Below are positions 1-9,777 of a DNA stretch of 16,274 nt, piece by piece. Numbering within the stretch: the first letter of the stretch is position 1; every line of letters starts with the position of its first letter. Below the pieces are notes generated by a model. That model was not told the origin of the DNA. It was given only the letters and a program-made list of their open reading frames with translations, and searched no databases. Source of the DNA: Oligoflexales bacterium (GTDB lineage Bacteria; Bdellovibrionota_B; Oligoflexia; Oligoflexales; Bog-1112); assembly GCA_045105515.1 (NCBI GenBank), contig JBGCDR010000404.1, positions 1 to 16,274 of the forward strand, in the 5' to 3' direction. The translations under genes were made by a program, and so were the position numbers.

Positions 1-138
1 TTTAATAAAAGTGAGCCATTTTTTTTAAGTTTTTTCTTCCTATATTTTTTTTATCTAGTCACTTTTGGTACTGCGGCTTAGAATTTTTCTGACCTATTTA
101 ATGAAAAATTGGAAAAAATCTTATTTGAATCAGCCCTG
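1..138 (-). mobile_element. Probable terminal end of an ISAs1-family insertion sequence interrupting hsdS (rest of element lies left of the window)
   Basis: HsdS-like coding stops abruptly upstream of nt ~139 (in-frame TGA at 137-139). The minus strand from nt 138 reads CAGGGCTGATTCAAATAAG, resembling the CAGGG-starting terminal IRs of ISAs1 elements. No transposase is visible in the window. Confidence 0.55.
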
Positions 139-139
139 A

Positions 140-1051
140 AAAGTCTTTAGCATCACACAAGCAATATTACGAGGAAGTTTCGTTTGGTTACCTTCGTTTG
201 TCGAGCAAAAAAAGATTTCCAATTTCCTCGACCACGAAACCGCAAAAATCGATACCTTGATCGAAAAACAAAAAAACCTCATCAAACTGCTAAAAGAAAA
301 GCGACAGGCAGTGATTAGCCATGCAGTTACCAAAGGCTTAAATCCTGATGCCCCTATGAAGGATTCAGGTGTTGAGTGGTTGGGTGAGGTGCCTGAGCAT
401 TGGGACAAAATTAGGATTAAATATGTACTGTTATCAATTATTGATGCTGAACACAAAACGGCTGATTACTTTGAGGAAGGCGAATATCTTGTTTGCAGGA
501 CAACCAATGTACGTGAAGGTAAATTAAAGGTTGAAGGTGGTAAATATACAAACCTACAAACCTATCAGGCTTGGATAAAACGGGGAAAGCCTGACGTTGG
601 GGATATTTTGTTTACACGTGAAGCGCCAGCTGGTGAAGCATGTCTTGTGCCAGAGAAACCGAAACTATGTCTAGGTCAAAGAATGGTGTTGTTCAAATTA
701 GACAAAACCCGAATTGTTCCTCAGTTTGCTTTGTATTCGATCTATTCAGGTTTAGCAGATGATTTTATAAAACAATTGTCGCAAGGAAGTACAGTTAGTC
801 ATTTTAATATGGCTGATATTGCCAATATTCCACTTCTTGAGCCGACGTTAAATGAGCAAACCAAAATCGTTCATTATTTAGACAGAATCCTTTTGAAATA
901 TGATGCTTTGCAACAATCCGCAGAAAATTCAATTCAATTAATAGTAGAACGCCGCACAGCCCTTATCTCCGCAGCAGTAACCGGAAAAATTGATGTAAGA
1001 AACTGGCAAGCCCCAACCCAAAATCAATCCCTTAAAGAGGTAAATGCATGA
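140..1051 (+). pseudogene. hsdS: Type I R-M specificity subunit HsdS, 5'-truncated (end of TRD1, central conserved region, TRD2, C-terminal conserved region)
   Basis: The frame stays open upstream of the called TTG (257) back to nt 140: KVFSITQAILRGSFVWLPSFVEQKKISNFLDHETAKIDTLIEKQ. HsdS motifs EKRQAVISHAVTKGL, MKDSGVEWLGEVPEHW and RRTALISAAVTGKIDVR are present. Its stop overlaps the hsdR ATG (ATGA 1048-1051). Confidence 0.9.
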
Positions 1052-4000
1052 ATGCTTCAGGAGGCGATAAAGCCAGTGAATCTGCCTTTCAAGATGAGAT
1101 GATTGAGCATTTTGTAGCAAATGGTTGGTTGCGGGGTAAAGCTGAAAACTATAATCGGGAGCTAGCCCTCTATGAAGAAGATCTACTCGGCTTCATCAAG
1201 GACACTCAAGAAAAACAATGGCAAAAATTCTGTAAATTGTATCCTAATGATCCTGAGAAAAAGTTCCTAGAGCGTGTAGCAACTCAACTGAATAAAGCTG
1301 ACCCTAATGCTGCTAACAAAGACATGCGTACCTTTGGTACTTTGGGTGTGCTGCGTCATGAACTACGTGATCGAGGCACCCGCTTCAGCTTATGTCAATT
1401 CAAGCCTGAGCATGATTTAAACCCCGACACCTTATCTCGTTACAAGAAAAATCGACTAAGGATTGTGCCTGAACTTGTCTATAGCCCTTGGGCAACTGCA
1501 GAGCATCTGAAGCAAACAGGGGCCAAAGCTAAAGCCTGGCGTATTGATTTGGTGCTGTTTGTGAACGGGATACCTGTAGTTACAATGGAATTAAAGTCAG
1601 AATTCAAACAAGCTGTACAGAATGCCATTAAACAATACAAGACCACGCGTTTTTCCAAAGATCCTGCAACTAAAAAGCCTGAACCTCTATTAACCTTTAA
1701 AAGAGGAGCTTTAGTACACTTTGCTGTAAGTCAGTATGAAGTGTATATGGCTACTCGGTTAGAGGGAGAGGACACTTTCTTTCTACCCTTTAATAAAGGC
1801 ACCAAAGATGGTGGAGAGGGTAATGACGTACCAGAAAACGTTAATAAATACGCAACCGACTACCTGTGGGATGAGGTTTTATTACCTGAGAATTTACTGA
1901 AAATTCTAGCTCGTTTTGTTCATTTACAGATCGAAGAAAAAGAAGATTGGGAAGGTCGAAAGTATAAAAAAGAAACTATGATTTTTCCTCGTTACCATCA
2001 ATGGGATGTTGTAAATAAATTAGTGACAGCTGCGAAGACCGAAGGTCCAGGGAATAAATACTTGATCCAACACAGTGCAGGTTCGGGTAAGTCAAATTCC
2101 ATTGCCTGGGTCGCTCATCAGTTGTCATCTCTCTATGATAAAGAAGGCAATAAACAATTCGATTCTGTGATCATCGTTACTGATCGAACAGTGTTAGATG
2201 ATCAATTGCAGGACACAATTTATCAGTTTGAACATGTAGATGGTGTGGTTGGACGAATTAATAGAAATGAAGGGGAAGGTTCGAAATCAGAAAAACTAGC
2301 CGCTTCCTTGGAGATATCACAACCCATAATTATCGTTACTATTCAGACCTTTCCTTATGTATTAAAGGCTATTGAAAATAGTGTTAATTTAAAAGAACGA
2401 AACTATGCGGTCATTGCAGATGAAGCCCACTCTTCTCAATCAGGGACAACAGCACGGCAATTAAAAGAAGTGTTGATGATTGATGGTCAGGATAACGATG
2501 AAGAACTATCTACTGAGGATATTCTAGATGCAGCAGTTGCATCGCGACGCGCTTCAAACAACCTAAGCTATTTTGCCTTTACTGCTACTCCTAAAACCAA
2601 GACTCTAGAACTATTTGGAAGGCTTCCAAACCCAGATGACGCACCTTCAAGAACCAATAAGCCCGAAGCTTATCATGTTTACAGCATGCGACAGGCTATT
2701 GAAGAAGGCTTTATTCTGGATGTGCTTAAAAATTACACTAATTATAAAGTTGCGTACAACTTAGCTCTGGCAATTCAAGAATCTGACCAAGAGGTCGAAA
2801 GCAAAAAAGCCAAGGTCAAACTCAATCAATGGGTTCGGTTACATGACTATAACATTGCCCAAAAAGTTCAAGTCATCATTGAGCATTTTAAAGACAATGT
2901 GATGGGAATGATAGGTGGTCAGGCTAAAGCAATGGTAGTGACTAGTTCACGCAAGGAAGCAGTGCGTTATAAACTTCAATTTGATAAATATATAGCTGAG
3001 AAAGGTTATCAAAAAATATATGCGTTGGTGGCCTTTTCAGGTGAAGTTGAATTTAGTGAAAAAGACCCTAACACAGACGGTTTACTTGGAGAAAAATTCT
3101 CTGAGAGGAACATGAATCCGAATCTTAAGGGTCGCGATATGCGTAAAGCCTTTGATTCTGATGATTATCAGGTGATGATTGTTGCCAATAAGTTCCAGAC
3201 TGGTTTTGACCAACCGAAACTATGCGCTATGTATGTAGATAAAAAATTAGGTGGTGTAGAGTGTGTACAGACTCTCTCCCGGTTAAATAGGATTTTCCCA
3301 GGCAAGGGTGAGTCAGGGACATTCATACTAGATTTCTTCAACGAACCTGAAGATATTCTGGAATCATTTCAACCCTATTACCAAACCGCAGAGTTAGCTA
3401 ATGTAACTGACCCTGACGTGATATTTGATCTTTTTGAAAAGCTCCGCACAGTGGGTATTTTCCAGTGGCAAGAGGTAGAACAATTCTGTGTAGCTTTCTT
3501 GCAAAAGAGTAAAAGCAATGCTGCAATTGGAAATATTTGCAAACCGGCAGTAGAACGCTGGAAGATACGCTATAAGTCATCTATCGAAGCATATAAACAG
3601 GCCAAGGAAATGTTCGAAAGGACAAAAAAAACGGATGATGCAGTTTTGATTGCTAATGCGGAGAAGAGCTTCAAAGAATGCAAAGAGGAAAAAGACTCTT
3701 TGGATATTTTCAAGAAAGATTTAGGCTCATTTGTTCGATTCTATGAGTTTATGTCTCAAATTGTTGATTATGACGATAAGGATTTAGAAAAACTGAGCTT
3801 GTACGCTCGCAACCTACGCCCGATGCTACGCGAAACATTGCTTGATGAAGATGATATTGATTTGAACAACGTGGTGTTAAGTCACTACCGTCTTTCAAAA
3901 ATACGACAACAGGACTTGTTGCTAAAAAGCAATTCTGAAGATCACAAGCTAGATCCTGGTGATGGGGTTGGGACAGCTAAGGCAAGAGATAAACAAGAAG

Positions 4001-4316
4001 AATTCCTATCACAGATCATTAGTAGGTTGAACGAACTTTTTATCACCGATCAACTTACTGAGAAAGATTTGGTGAACTACGCCTACACTATTAGGGATAA
4101 AGTTAGTGAAAACGAATTGGTAATGAAACAAATTGCTAACAATACCCCTGAACAAGCAATGCAGGAGACTTTCCAAAGGCTATTGATGACGCTGTTTTGG
4201 ATAGTGAAGAGGCACATAAGAATCAAATGATGCAGATACTATCGGACCCAACCAAAGCTTCCAATTTTGCACGTATCGTTTTTGATTTATTGATGAAGGG
4301 TAATGGGAGGGATTGA
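1048..4316 (+). CDS. hsdR: Type I restriction endonuclease subunit HsdR (ORF 1048-4230; 1-nt deletion at ~4162, homologous C-terminus ends at TGA 4314-4316)
   Basis: Nuclease motif IDLVLFVNGIPVVTMELK, Walker A QHSAGSGKS, DEAH box, FTATP and QTLSRLNR are present. After EQAM the alternative frame gives GDFPKAIDDAVLDSEEAHKNQMMQILSDPTKASNFARIVFDLLMKGNGRD*, a typical HsdR tail. Confidence 0.95.
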
Positions 4317-4387
4317 ACTCCCCCACTCAGATTAAATATAAGATCGATTTTGTTACACAAGTTAGTTATTTCTAGAAAGTTGAAACT

Positions 4388-6484
4388 ATGAAAGCGACCG
4401 AAGCAAAATCATTGAGTTTCCTTCAAAAATCTCCTCAATTTATCATTCCCATATATCAGCGCACCTACTCATGGACTGAAAAACAATGTCGACAATTGTG
4501 GGATGACATTCTTAGAGCTGGTTCAAATGATGAGATTTCAGTTCATTTTATTGGATCTATTGTTTATATAGAGCAGGGACTTTCGCAAGTATCGCATCAG
4601 GCGCCTCTTTTGGTGATCGACGGACAACAACGTTTAACAACCATCTCACTCTTAATTGAAGCATTGGCTAGGCTATTGGGTGAGGATGAGCCGGTCGATG
4701 GATTTTCATCAACCAAACTTCGCCATTACTATCTTAGTAACCCATTGGAAAAAGGTGATCGCTTTTTTAAATTACTTCTGTCTGAAACAGATAGAGCTAC
4801 TTTAAATGCAATCGTTAACAGTAGTGAATCGCCTACGGAATCATCGCTTAGAATTGAGCAAAATTTTAATTTTTTTACAGAATTGCTTGGTAAAAAGAAG
4901 GGTGAACTAACCTCTGTTTGTAGAGGGCTTGCAAAGCTGATTGTTGTGGATATAGCTCTAAGTAGGGACCAAGACAACCCACAACTTATCTTTGAAAGTA
5001 TGAATTCGACGGGTAAAGAACTAAGCCAGGCGGACCTAATTCGTAATTTTACACTTATGGGACTTGAACCAACTCTGCAGACTCGTCTTTATCAAGAATA
5101 CTGGCGTCCAATGGAACTGAATTTCGGGCAAGAAGCTTATGGTGCAAGGTTTGATAGTTTCATGAGACATTATCTCACTTTTCGAACGGGTAGTATTCCA
5201 CGTAAACAGGATGTTTATGAAGCATTTAAGGAATATTCAAGAACTACATCAGTGCAGGAAAAGGGGATTGAGGCTTTCGTAAAGGAAGTTCGCACATTCA
5301 CTCGATATTTTTGTGCTATGGCGCTCGGCTCCGAGCCGGATTCCATACTTAACGAAGCATTTCAAGATCTTCGGGAATTAAAGGTAGATGTAGCTTATCC
5401 CTTGCTACTAGAACTTTATGACGACTATTCAAATCAATTGCTATCAAAGGATGATTTTGTCGACGCGGTGCGTTTAATTGAAATCTATGTATTTCGTCGG
5501 GCGATCTGTTCAATTCCCACAAATTCTTTGAACAAAACATTTGAAACCTTTGCAAAGTCGCTAGATAAAAATAGCTATTTGGAAAGCATTCAAGCCCACT
5601 TTTTAGGACTGCCTTCATACAGACGTTTTCCTAGTAATGAAGAGTTTCGACGTGACTTGCAAACTCGTGATTTATATCGCTTCCCTCGCAGTAAATACTG
5701 GCTTCGGAAGCTTGAAAATCATGACCGAAAAGAGCGTATTCAAGTAGAAGAATATACAATTGAACACATATTACCCCAGAACCCTAATTTACCTCAGGCT
5801 TGGAAACAGGTTTTAGGTACTGACTGGGAGGGAATACAACAGCAGTGGGTACATACCTTGGGGAACTTAACTCTTACAGGTTACAACTCAGAGTACAGTG
5901 ACAGATCTTTTATTCAAAAGCGTGATATGCATGGCGGATTTAAGGAAAGTCCTCTTAGGCTAAATGCAGGCCTTGGCCAACTAGAAACGTGGAATGAAGA
6001 TAGTATTCATGAACGAGCAGGAAGGTTAGCTGAAAAGGCGTTGGGAGTATGGTCTGCTCCTTCACTTGATGCCTCCATATTAGAGAAATATAGGCCTTCT
6101 AAGACATCGAGGTATAGCAGCTATACGATTGATGACCACCCACACTTGAAGTCACCTGAAATTAAAAAAATCTTTGAAGCACTAAGGAAAGAGGTTCTGG
6201 CCTTAGACCCATGTGTCTCTGAAGAATTTATGAAACTGTATGTAGCCTATCGAGCTGAAACCAATTTCGTGGATGTGGAACCACAAGCAAAGCGCTTGCG
6301 TCTTTCGCTTAATATGCCTTTTTCAGAAATTGACGATCCCAAAGGTCATTGCAGAGACGTCACAAATCTCGGCCGATGGGGTAATGGGGACGTTGAAATA
6401 GGATTTAACACTTTGGATGAACTACCCTATATTATGAGCCTAGTTCGACAGGCCTTTGAAAGGCAGATGGGAGAAAGTGAGTAA
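4388..6484 (+). CDS. GmrSD-like putative type IV restriction protein (DUF262 + DUF1524/HNH + C-terminal DUF5655-like domain)
   Basis: DUF262 motifs IPIYQRTYSW, VIDGQQRLTT and FESMNSTGKEL. DUF1524 motif IEHILPQ...LGNLTLTGYN. C-terminal KLYVAY...GRWGNGDVE segment resembles DUF5655. Confidence 0.88.
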   Translation: MKATEAKSLSFLQKSPQFIIPIYQRTYSWTEKQCRQLWDDILRAGSNDEISVHFIGSIVYIEQGLSQVSHQAPLLVIDGQQRLTTISLLIEALARLLGEDEPVDGFSSTKLRHYYLSNPLEKGDRFFKLLLSETDRATLNAIVNSSESPTESSLRIEQNFNFFTELLGKKKGELTSVCRGLAKLIVVDIALSRDQDNPQLIFESMNSTGKELSQADLIRNFTLMGLEPTLQTRLYQEYWRPMELNFGQEAYGARFDSFMRHYLTFRTGSIPRKQDVYEAFKEYSRTTSVQEKGIEAFVKEVRTFTRYFCAMALGSEPDSILNEAFQDLRELKVDVAYPLLLELYDDYSNQLLSKDDFVDAVRLIEIYVFRRAICSIPTNSLNKTFETFAKSLDKNSYLESIQAHFLGLPSYRRFPSNEEFRRDLQTRDLYRFPRSKYWLRKLENHDRKERIQVEEYTIEHILPQNPNLPQAWKQVLGTDWEGIQQQWVHTLGNLTLTGYNSEYSDRSFIQKRDMHGGFKESPLRLNAGLGQLETWNEDSIHERAGRLAEKALGVWSAPSLDASILEKYRPSKTSRYSSYTIDDHPHLKSPEIKKIFEALRKEVLALDPCVSEEFMKLYVAYRAETNFVDVEPQAKRLRLSLNMPFSEIDDPKGHCRDVTNLGRWGNGDVEIGFNTLDELPYIMSLVRQAFERQMGESE

Positions 6485-6622
6485 TTATTCTTTTTTATGT
6501 GGGATACACTATTTAAACCTAGTTAGCTTAAATTTATAAACCATGTTTATGACTGGATTTACAAAGCATCGTATTTTCGATATTATTTGGAACTTTGTAA
6601 AAGCCTAGGGACCTTTTGAAAT

Positions 6623-7744
6623 ATGGTATACAAATTTAAGATTTTTATTAGCTCAGTAATCAATAACTTCGAATCCTATAGGTTAGCTGCAAGCCAAGTT
6701 ATTACAGCCCTTTCTTGTGAGCCTATTTTAGTCAATGAAGATTTCCCATCATCATCAAATTCATCACGTAATGTATGCTTAGATGCTGTAACGGCATGTG
6801 ATATTTTTGTCTTGCTCATAGGTGAAAGGGGAGGATGGATCGCTCCTAGCGGAAAGTTGGTTGTTGAGGAAGAGTTAGATGAGGCAAGGAAAAGAGGAAA
6901 GCCAATATTAGTTTTTATACAGGATACAAAAAGAGATAGAGATGCCCTAGCTTTAGTAGATAATGTCATAGACTATATTGATGGATATTTTGTAACTAAA
7001 TTTAAAGGTGTTGATGATCTAAAAAGTTTATTAAAAATTGCTCTTCTCAGGATGGTTTCAGATATGAATATTCTTGCAAATGTTGGCGATACAGTAAATG
7101 CCCATTTGGACAAAGACTTTCAAATAGGAAATGATGAGACTGTACGATTGGCAATTATTCCTGAACGTAAAGATCAAGTCTTTGATCCATTAGAAATCGA
7201 CAGCGAAGATTTTAAAAATAAATTACTTGAAATAGGCAGTAATTCAGACGTGGGTTTATTTAGTCATTTGTGCAAAAAAGAAATAGATACAGGTGCTGAA
7301 CACCTTGTGATAAAGCAAACCAGGAATTGTGAAGCGAAAAGCAATCATCATGTAAGGTTTTATCTGAGCCAGACTGGAATGATTTTAGTTGACAGTGCAG
7401 TAGAATCGATTTGCAATGATTATATCAATATAACTGATCAAGATATACTTCGTGGTTTAGAGCCTGCTTTTAAATGCCTCTCAAAACTTTATCAAGAGTT
7501 CGATCCCTATAAGAGATTTCAATCATTTTTTTATAATGCCGCAATTTGTGGTGTTGAATATAGAGGTGTTATTTTTGAAAGAGACAGAAAACTAAATAAT
7601 GGCTCACCTTCGATGAAAAAAATCATCTATGCCTACAATGAAGCACAAATGATTAACCTAAGCCGTCTAAACTCTGCATCCAAAGAAGCAAACAGGTGTG
7701 CGACAATGATTGTTAGAAGGTCTCAGGAGAGTCACAGTTTTTGA
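6623..7744 (+). CDS. DUF4062-domain protein (TIR/nucleoside deoxyribosyltransferase-like N-terminus) with unrecognised C-terminal domain
   Basis: KIFISSV...VCLDAVTACDIFVLLIGERGG...VVEEELDEARKRGKPILVF matches the DUF4062 pattern. About 220 aa of C-terminus is not recognised. Confidence 0.78.
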   Translation: MVYKFKIFISSVINNFESYRLAASQVITALSCEPILVNEDFPSSSNSSRNVCLDAVTACDIFVLLIGERGGWIAPSGKLVVEEELDEARKRGKPILVFIQDTKRDRDALALVDNVIDYIDGYFVTKFKGVDDLKSLLKIALLRMVSDMNILANVGDTVNAHLDKDFQIGNDETVRLAIIPERKDQVFDPLEIDSEDFKNKLLEIGSNSDVGLFSHLCKKEIDTGAEHLVIKQTRNCEAKSNHHVRFYLSQTGMILVDSAVESICNDYINITDQDILRGLEPAFKCLSKLYQEFDPYKRFQSFFYNAAICGVEYRGVIFERDRKLNNGSPSMKKIIYAYNEAQMINLSRLNSASKEANRCATMIVRRSQESHSF

Positions 7745-8026
7745 TTCAGATTATCCAGAGCGTTGAGCGGGATTGAGGGGGTTTGTTCTCATGGCGATAA
7801 AATTACTTTCCTGCTCTCTTTTGGTCTGGTTGAGTACCTGTTGGTATAGAGAAGTAAGAGCCCTAAAAACCCTCATTTCTCTCTTGGCTATCTCCTGAAA
7901 TCTTGAGATAGTTCTTGCAAGTGGAAACAAGCTCGAAAAAAGCTGAAACTCCTCTGCTCTTTGAAATTGCGAATAGGGTTTAACGATTTTTTTCCAGGCC
8001 TTTTTACATCGAGCGGCATGTTGCCA

Positions 8027-8046
8027 ACCACAATTTGACCACAGAT
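8027..8046 (+). repeat. ACCACA direct-repeat pair (11-bp period), candidate arm-type sites of the left island
   Basis: ACCACA at 8027-8032 and 8038-8043, about 130 bp left of the att core. ACCACAGAT recurs at 8281-8289. Confidence 0.4.
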
Positions 8047-8174
8047 TTCGTACATCTGAGTATGATTCAGTACCAAAACTATCGTTCTCTACTACAAAGT
8101 TAAAGTACGATTTTACTAGTGTATACCAAGAGATACCACTCAGTATGCATACCTATAGGAAGCGTCGAATGTCC

Positions 8175-8198
8175 GGCGGCATGGGCGGCATGATGTAG
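8175..8198 (+). other. Attachment-site core: isolated copy of the groEL 3' end (GGMGGMM*)
   Basis: GGC GGC ATG GGC GGC ATG ATG TAG encodes the GroEL C-terminal GGM tail, but no groEL body lies upstream. It sits about 160 bp from the integrase 3' end and is followed by the palindrome GTAGGA-TTT-TCCTAC (8195-8209). Confidence 0.75.
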
Positions 8199-8245
8199 GA
8201 TTTTCCTACTGATTCCTTACCCTTATGAGCCTCTCATCGCTCAGA

Positions 8246-8267
8246 TCCCAATAAAACCTCCCAATAA
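8246..8267 (+). repeat. TCCCAATAA direct-repeat pair, candidate integrase arm-type sites (left end)
   Basis: TCCCAATAA at 8246-8254 and 8259-8267. The same 9-mer pair recurs at 15281-15300. Confidence 0.65.
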
Positions 8268-8294
8268 GGTTTTTGGGGTCACCACAGATGATGA

Positions 8295-8328
8295 AAAAAG
8301 CCCAGAGGGATTTCCCTCTGGGCTTTTT
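8295..8328. terminator. Bidirectional Rho-independent terminator
   Basis: Perfect inverted repeat AAAAAGCCCAGAGGGA-TT-TCCCTCTGGGCTTTTT with a U tract on each strand, located between the groEL tail (+) and the integrase stop (-). Confidence 0.9.
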
Positions 8329-8358
8329 GCTTTTTATATTATGGTCTGGGGGTGTTAG

Positions 8359-9777
8359 CTATGTGTTCTTGCCGGAACTAGTAACAAGCCTCAGGCCACC
8401 TTTGGTTAGAGTGTCATCTCGACTGGAGACGAAGTCGGAATGGAGAGATCCCCCTCGCAAACCGGTGCCCTTACCAGGAGATTCCTCGACAAGCTCGGAA
8501 TGACGTTGCTCGGAATGACTTGATTCACTTTCCTTCATCCTTAATCGTTCATCACGTGACCACTGAAGCGAAGCCGTATCCTGGATTATATCGTTATGCA
8601 CATAGCGCATAGTCGTCTTGATATCCGAGTGCCCAGCAATCTGCTGCACTTTAGGAAGAGGCAAAGGTTTAACCATCCCATAGCCATTGGCCAAGTTCGT
8701 TAAACAAGTATGCCTTAGACTATGGAAGTGGATCTCCTTAACACCTGCCCATCTACAGGTCCGAGAAAAGAACTTAATGCAGTTAATCTCGATATTAAAT
8801 AGATGCTCCATTTGGGGAATATGCTTCCTTTTAACAAGAATTTCTCTTACATCATCGTTCAGCTCAATTCTTCGAGCTTTTTTGTTCTTGGTGGTGTTCT
8901 TTCTCTTCCTTTCTTTTCGACAATAACTACCTCGTACCAAAATAAAGCCGGCTGAAAGGTCAACATCAGCATTCCTTAATCCACCGATCTCACCCAATCT
9001 CATTCCAGTTCTAAGAGCGATCATAACGATGTCCCCTAGTTCTTCATGGTTTCTCAACTGAAGTCGCATGCTATATTGTGATTTGCCAGCATTGCGATAG
9101 CGAGTTGTGACTTTTTCATAAAATGCACCGGCTTCAATCCATTCAAAGAACTTATCTTCATCTTCCAAACCCCAGTAGTCATAGGCATGCTCAGGACTAG
9201 CTGGCAGCTTAAAACCTTCAAACGGATTTTCTCTGATCAGAGATGGCCTGCGTTTGCTTGCCCATGATGTCACCATACAGGTCGTTGTAAGGATCTCCTT
9301 CTGATAGCCAAGGCTGATTTCATCTCCGCTATCTTCCCAACGATTCTTGCGAATTGCTGTATAAGAACGAGTTTTAGCTGTTTTTCTCCTTAAGGCTCGC
9401 GCCAATTCTTCAATATGATCAATGGTCAGATCTCTAAGCTGAACGGGACCAAGGATAGGTAAAATATGATTCCTAAGATGGCTTTCATAGTTTTTTAGAC
9501 ATGCATGAGATAAACGCCTTACATGTTTATCATGCTCCATCCATTTATCCGCTAGAGCTGCAAAGTCCCTTGGAGTATTAGCTGTTACTTTATCCGGAAA
9601 CCATAGGGATAAATCATCCCCCCGCATAATAGCTCTCTTTAAATACTCTGCATCTCCTTTGGTCCTGCAGGTTTTTTCACGAAGTTTCCCCTTTACTTGG
9701 TCGAAAAACCGTACCCTGTAGCCACCATATTGGCTTTTATGGATCATGGGCTCTTCTCGATCTCTTCTTTTGCGCAT
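8359..9777 (-). CDS. int: Tyrosine recombinase / phage-type integrase
   Basis: Catalytic set: LRTGMRLGEI (R), TKNKKAR (K), FHSLRHT (HxxR), AGHSDIKTTMRY (H, Y). SAM-like core-binding region present. RBS GAGGAG lies 7 nt upstream of the ATG at 9777. Confidence 0.95.
   Translation of the reverse strand: MRKRRDREEPMIHKSQYGGYRVRFFDQVKGKLREKTCRTKGDAEYLKRAIMRGDDLSLWFPDKVTANTPRDFAALADKWMEHDKHVRRLSHACLKNYESHLRNHILPILGPVQLRDLTIDHIEELARALRRKTAKTRSYTAIRKNRWEDSGDEISLGYQKEILTTTCMVTSWASKRRPSLIRENPFEGFKLPASPEHAYDYWGLEDEDKFFEWIEAGAFYEKVTTRYRNAGKSQYSMRLQLRNHEELGDIVMIALRTGMRLGEIGGLRNADVDLSAGFILVRGSYCRKERKRKNTTKNKKARRIELNDDVREILVKRKHIPQMEHLFNIEINCIKFFSRTCRWAGVKEIHFHSLRHTCLTNLANGYGMVKPLPLPKVQQIAGHSDIKTTMRYVHNDIIQDTASLQWSRDERLRMKESESSHSEQRHSELVEESPGKGTGLRGGSLHSDFVSSRDDTLTKGGLRLVTSSGKNT
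8413..8519. repeat. REP/RPE-like palindromic repeat cluster (YGTCA...ATC type) inside the integrase 3' end
   Basis: GTCATCTCGACTGGAGACGAAGTCGGAATGGAGAGATC (8413-8450) faces GAGATTCCTCGACAAGCTCGGAATGAC (8478-8504). GCTCGGAATGAC is tandemly duplicated (8493-8504, 8508-8519). Confidence 0.7.

Noticed and set aside
4305..4324. GGGAG...CTCCC hairpin over the corrected hsdR stop
   Set aside because: Short stem with no U tract, so not enough to call a terminator.
130..6969. Minus-strand ORFs 130-456, 938-1120, 3398-3580, 4729-4977, 5349-5618 and 6676-6969
   Set aside because: Antisense shadows of well-supported plus-strand genes, with no recognisable motifs.
8013..8020. GCGGCATG 8-mer shared with the groEL-tail core
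   Set aside because: Too short to call a second att copy, and could be chance.
7888..8076. 62-aa minus-strand ORF and a small hairpin CTATCTC...GAGATAG (7888-7911)
   Set aside because: No recognisable family or RBS, and it overlaps the candidate arm-site region. It may be a remnant but cannot be supported.
8100..8340. Possible tRNA or tmRNA as the integrase target
   Set aside because: No cloverleaf or T-loop/CCA signature. The groEL-tail explanation fits better.
8413..8519. CRISPR array interpretation of the repeated GCTCGGAATGAC and related palindromes
   Set aside because: No regular repeat-spacer periodicity and no cas genes.
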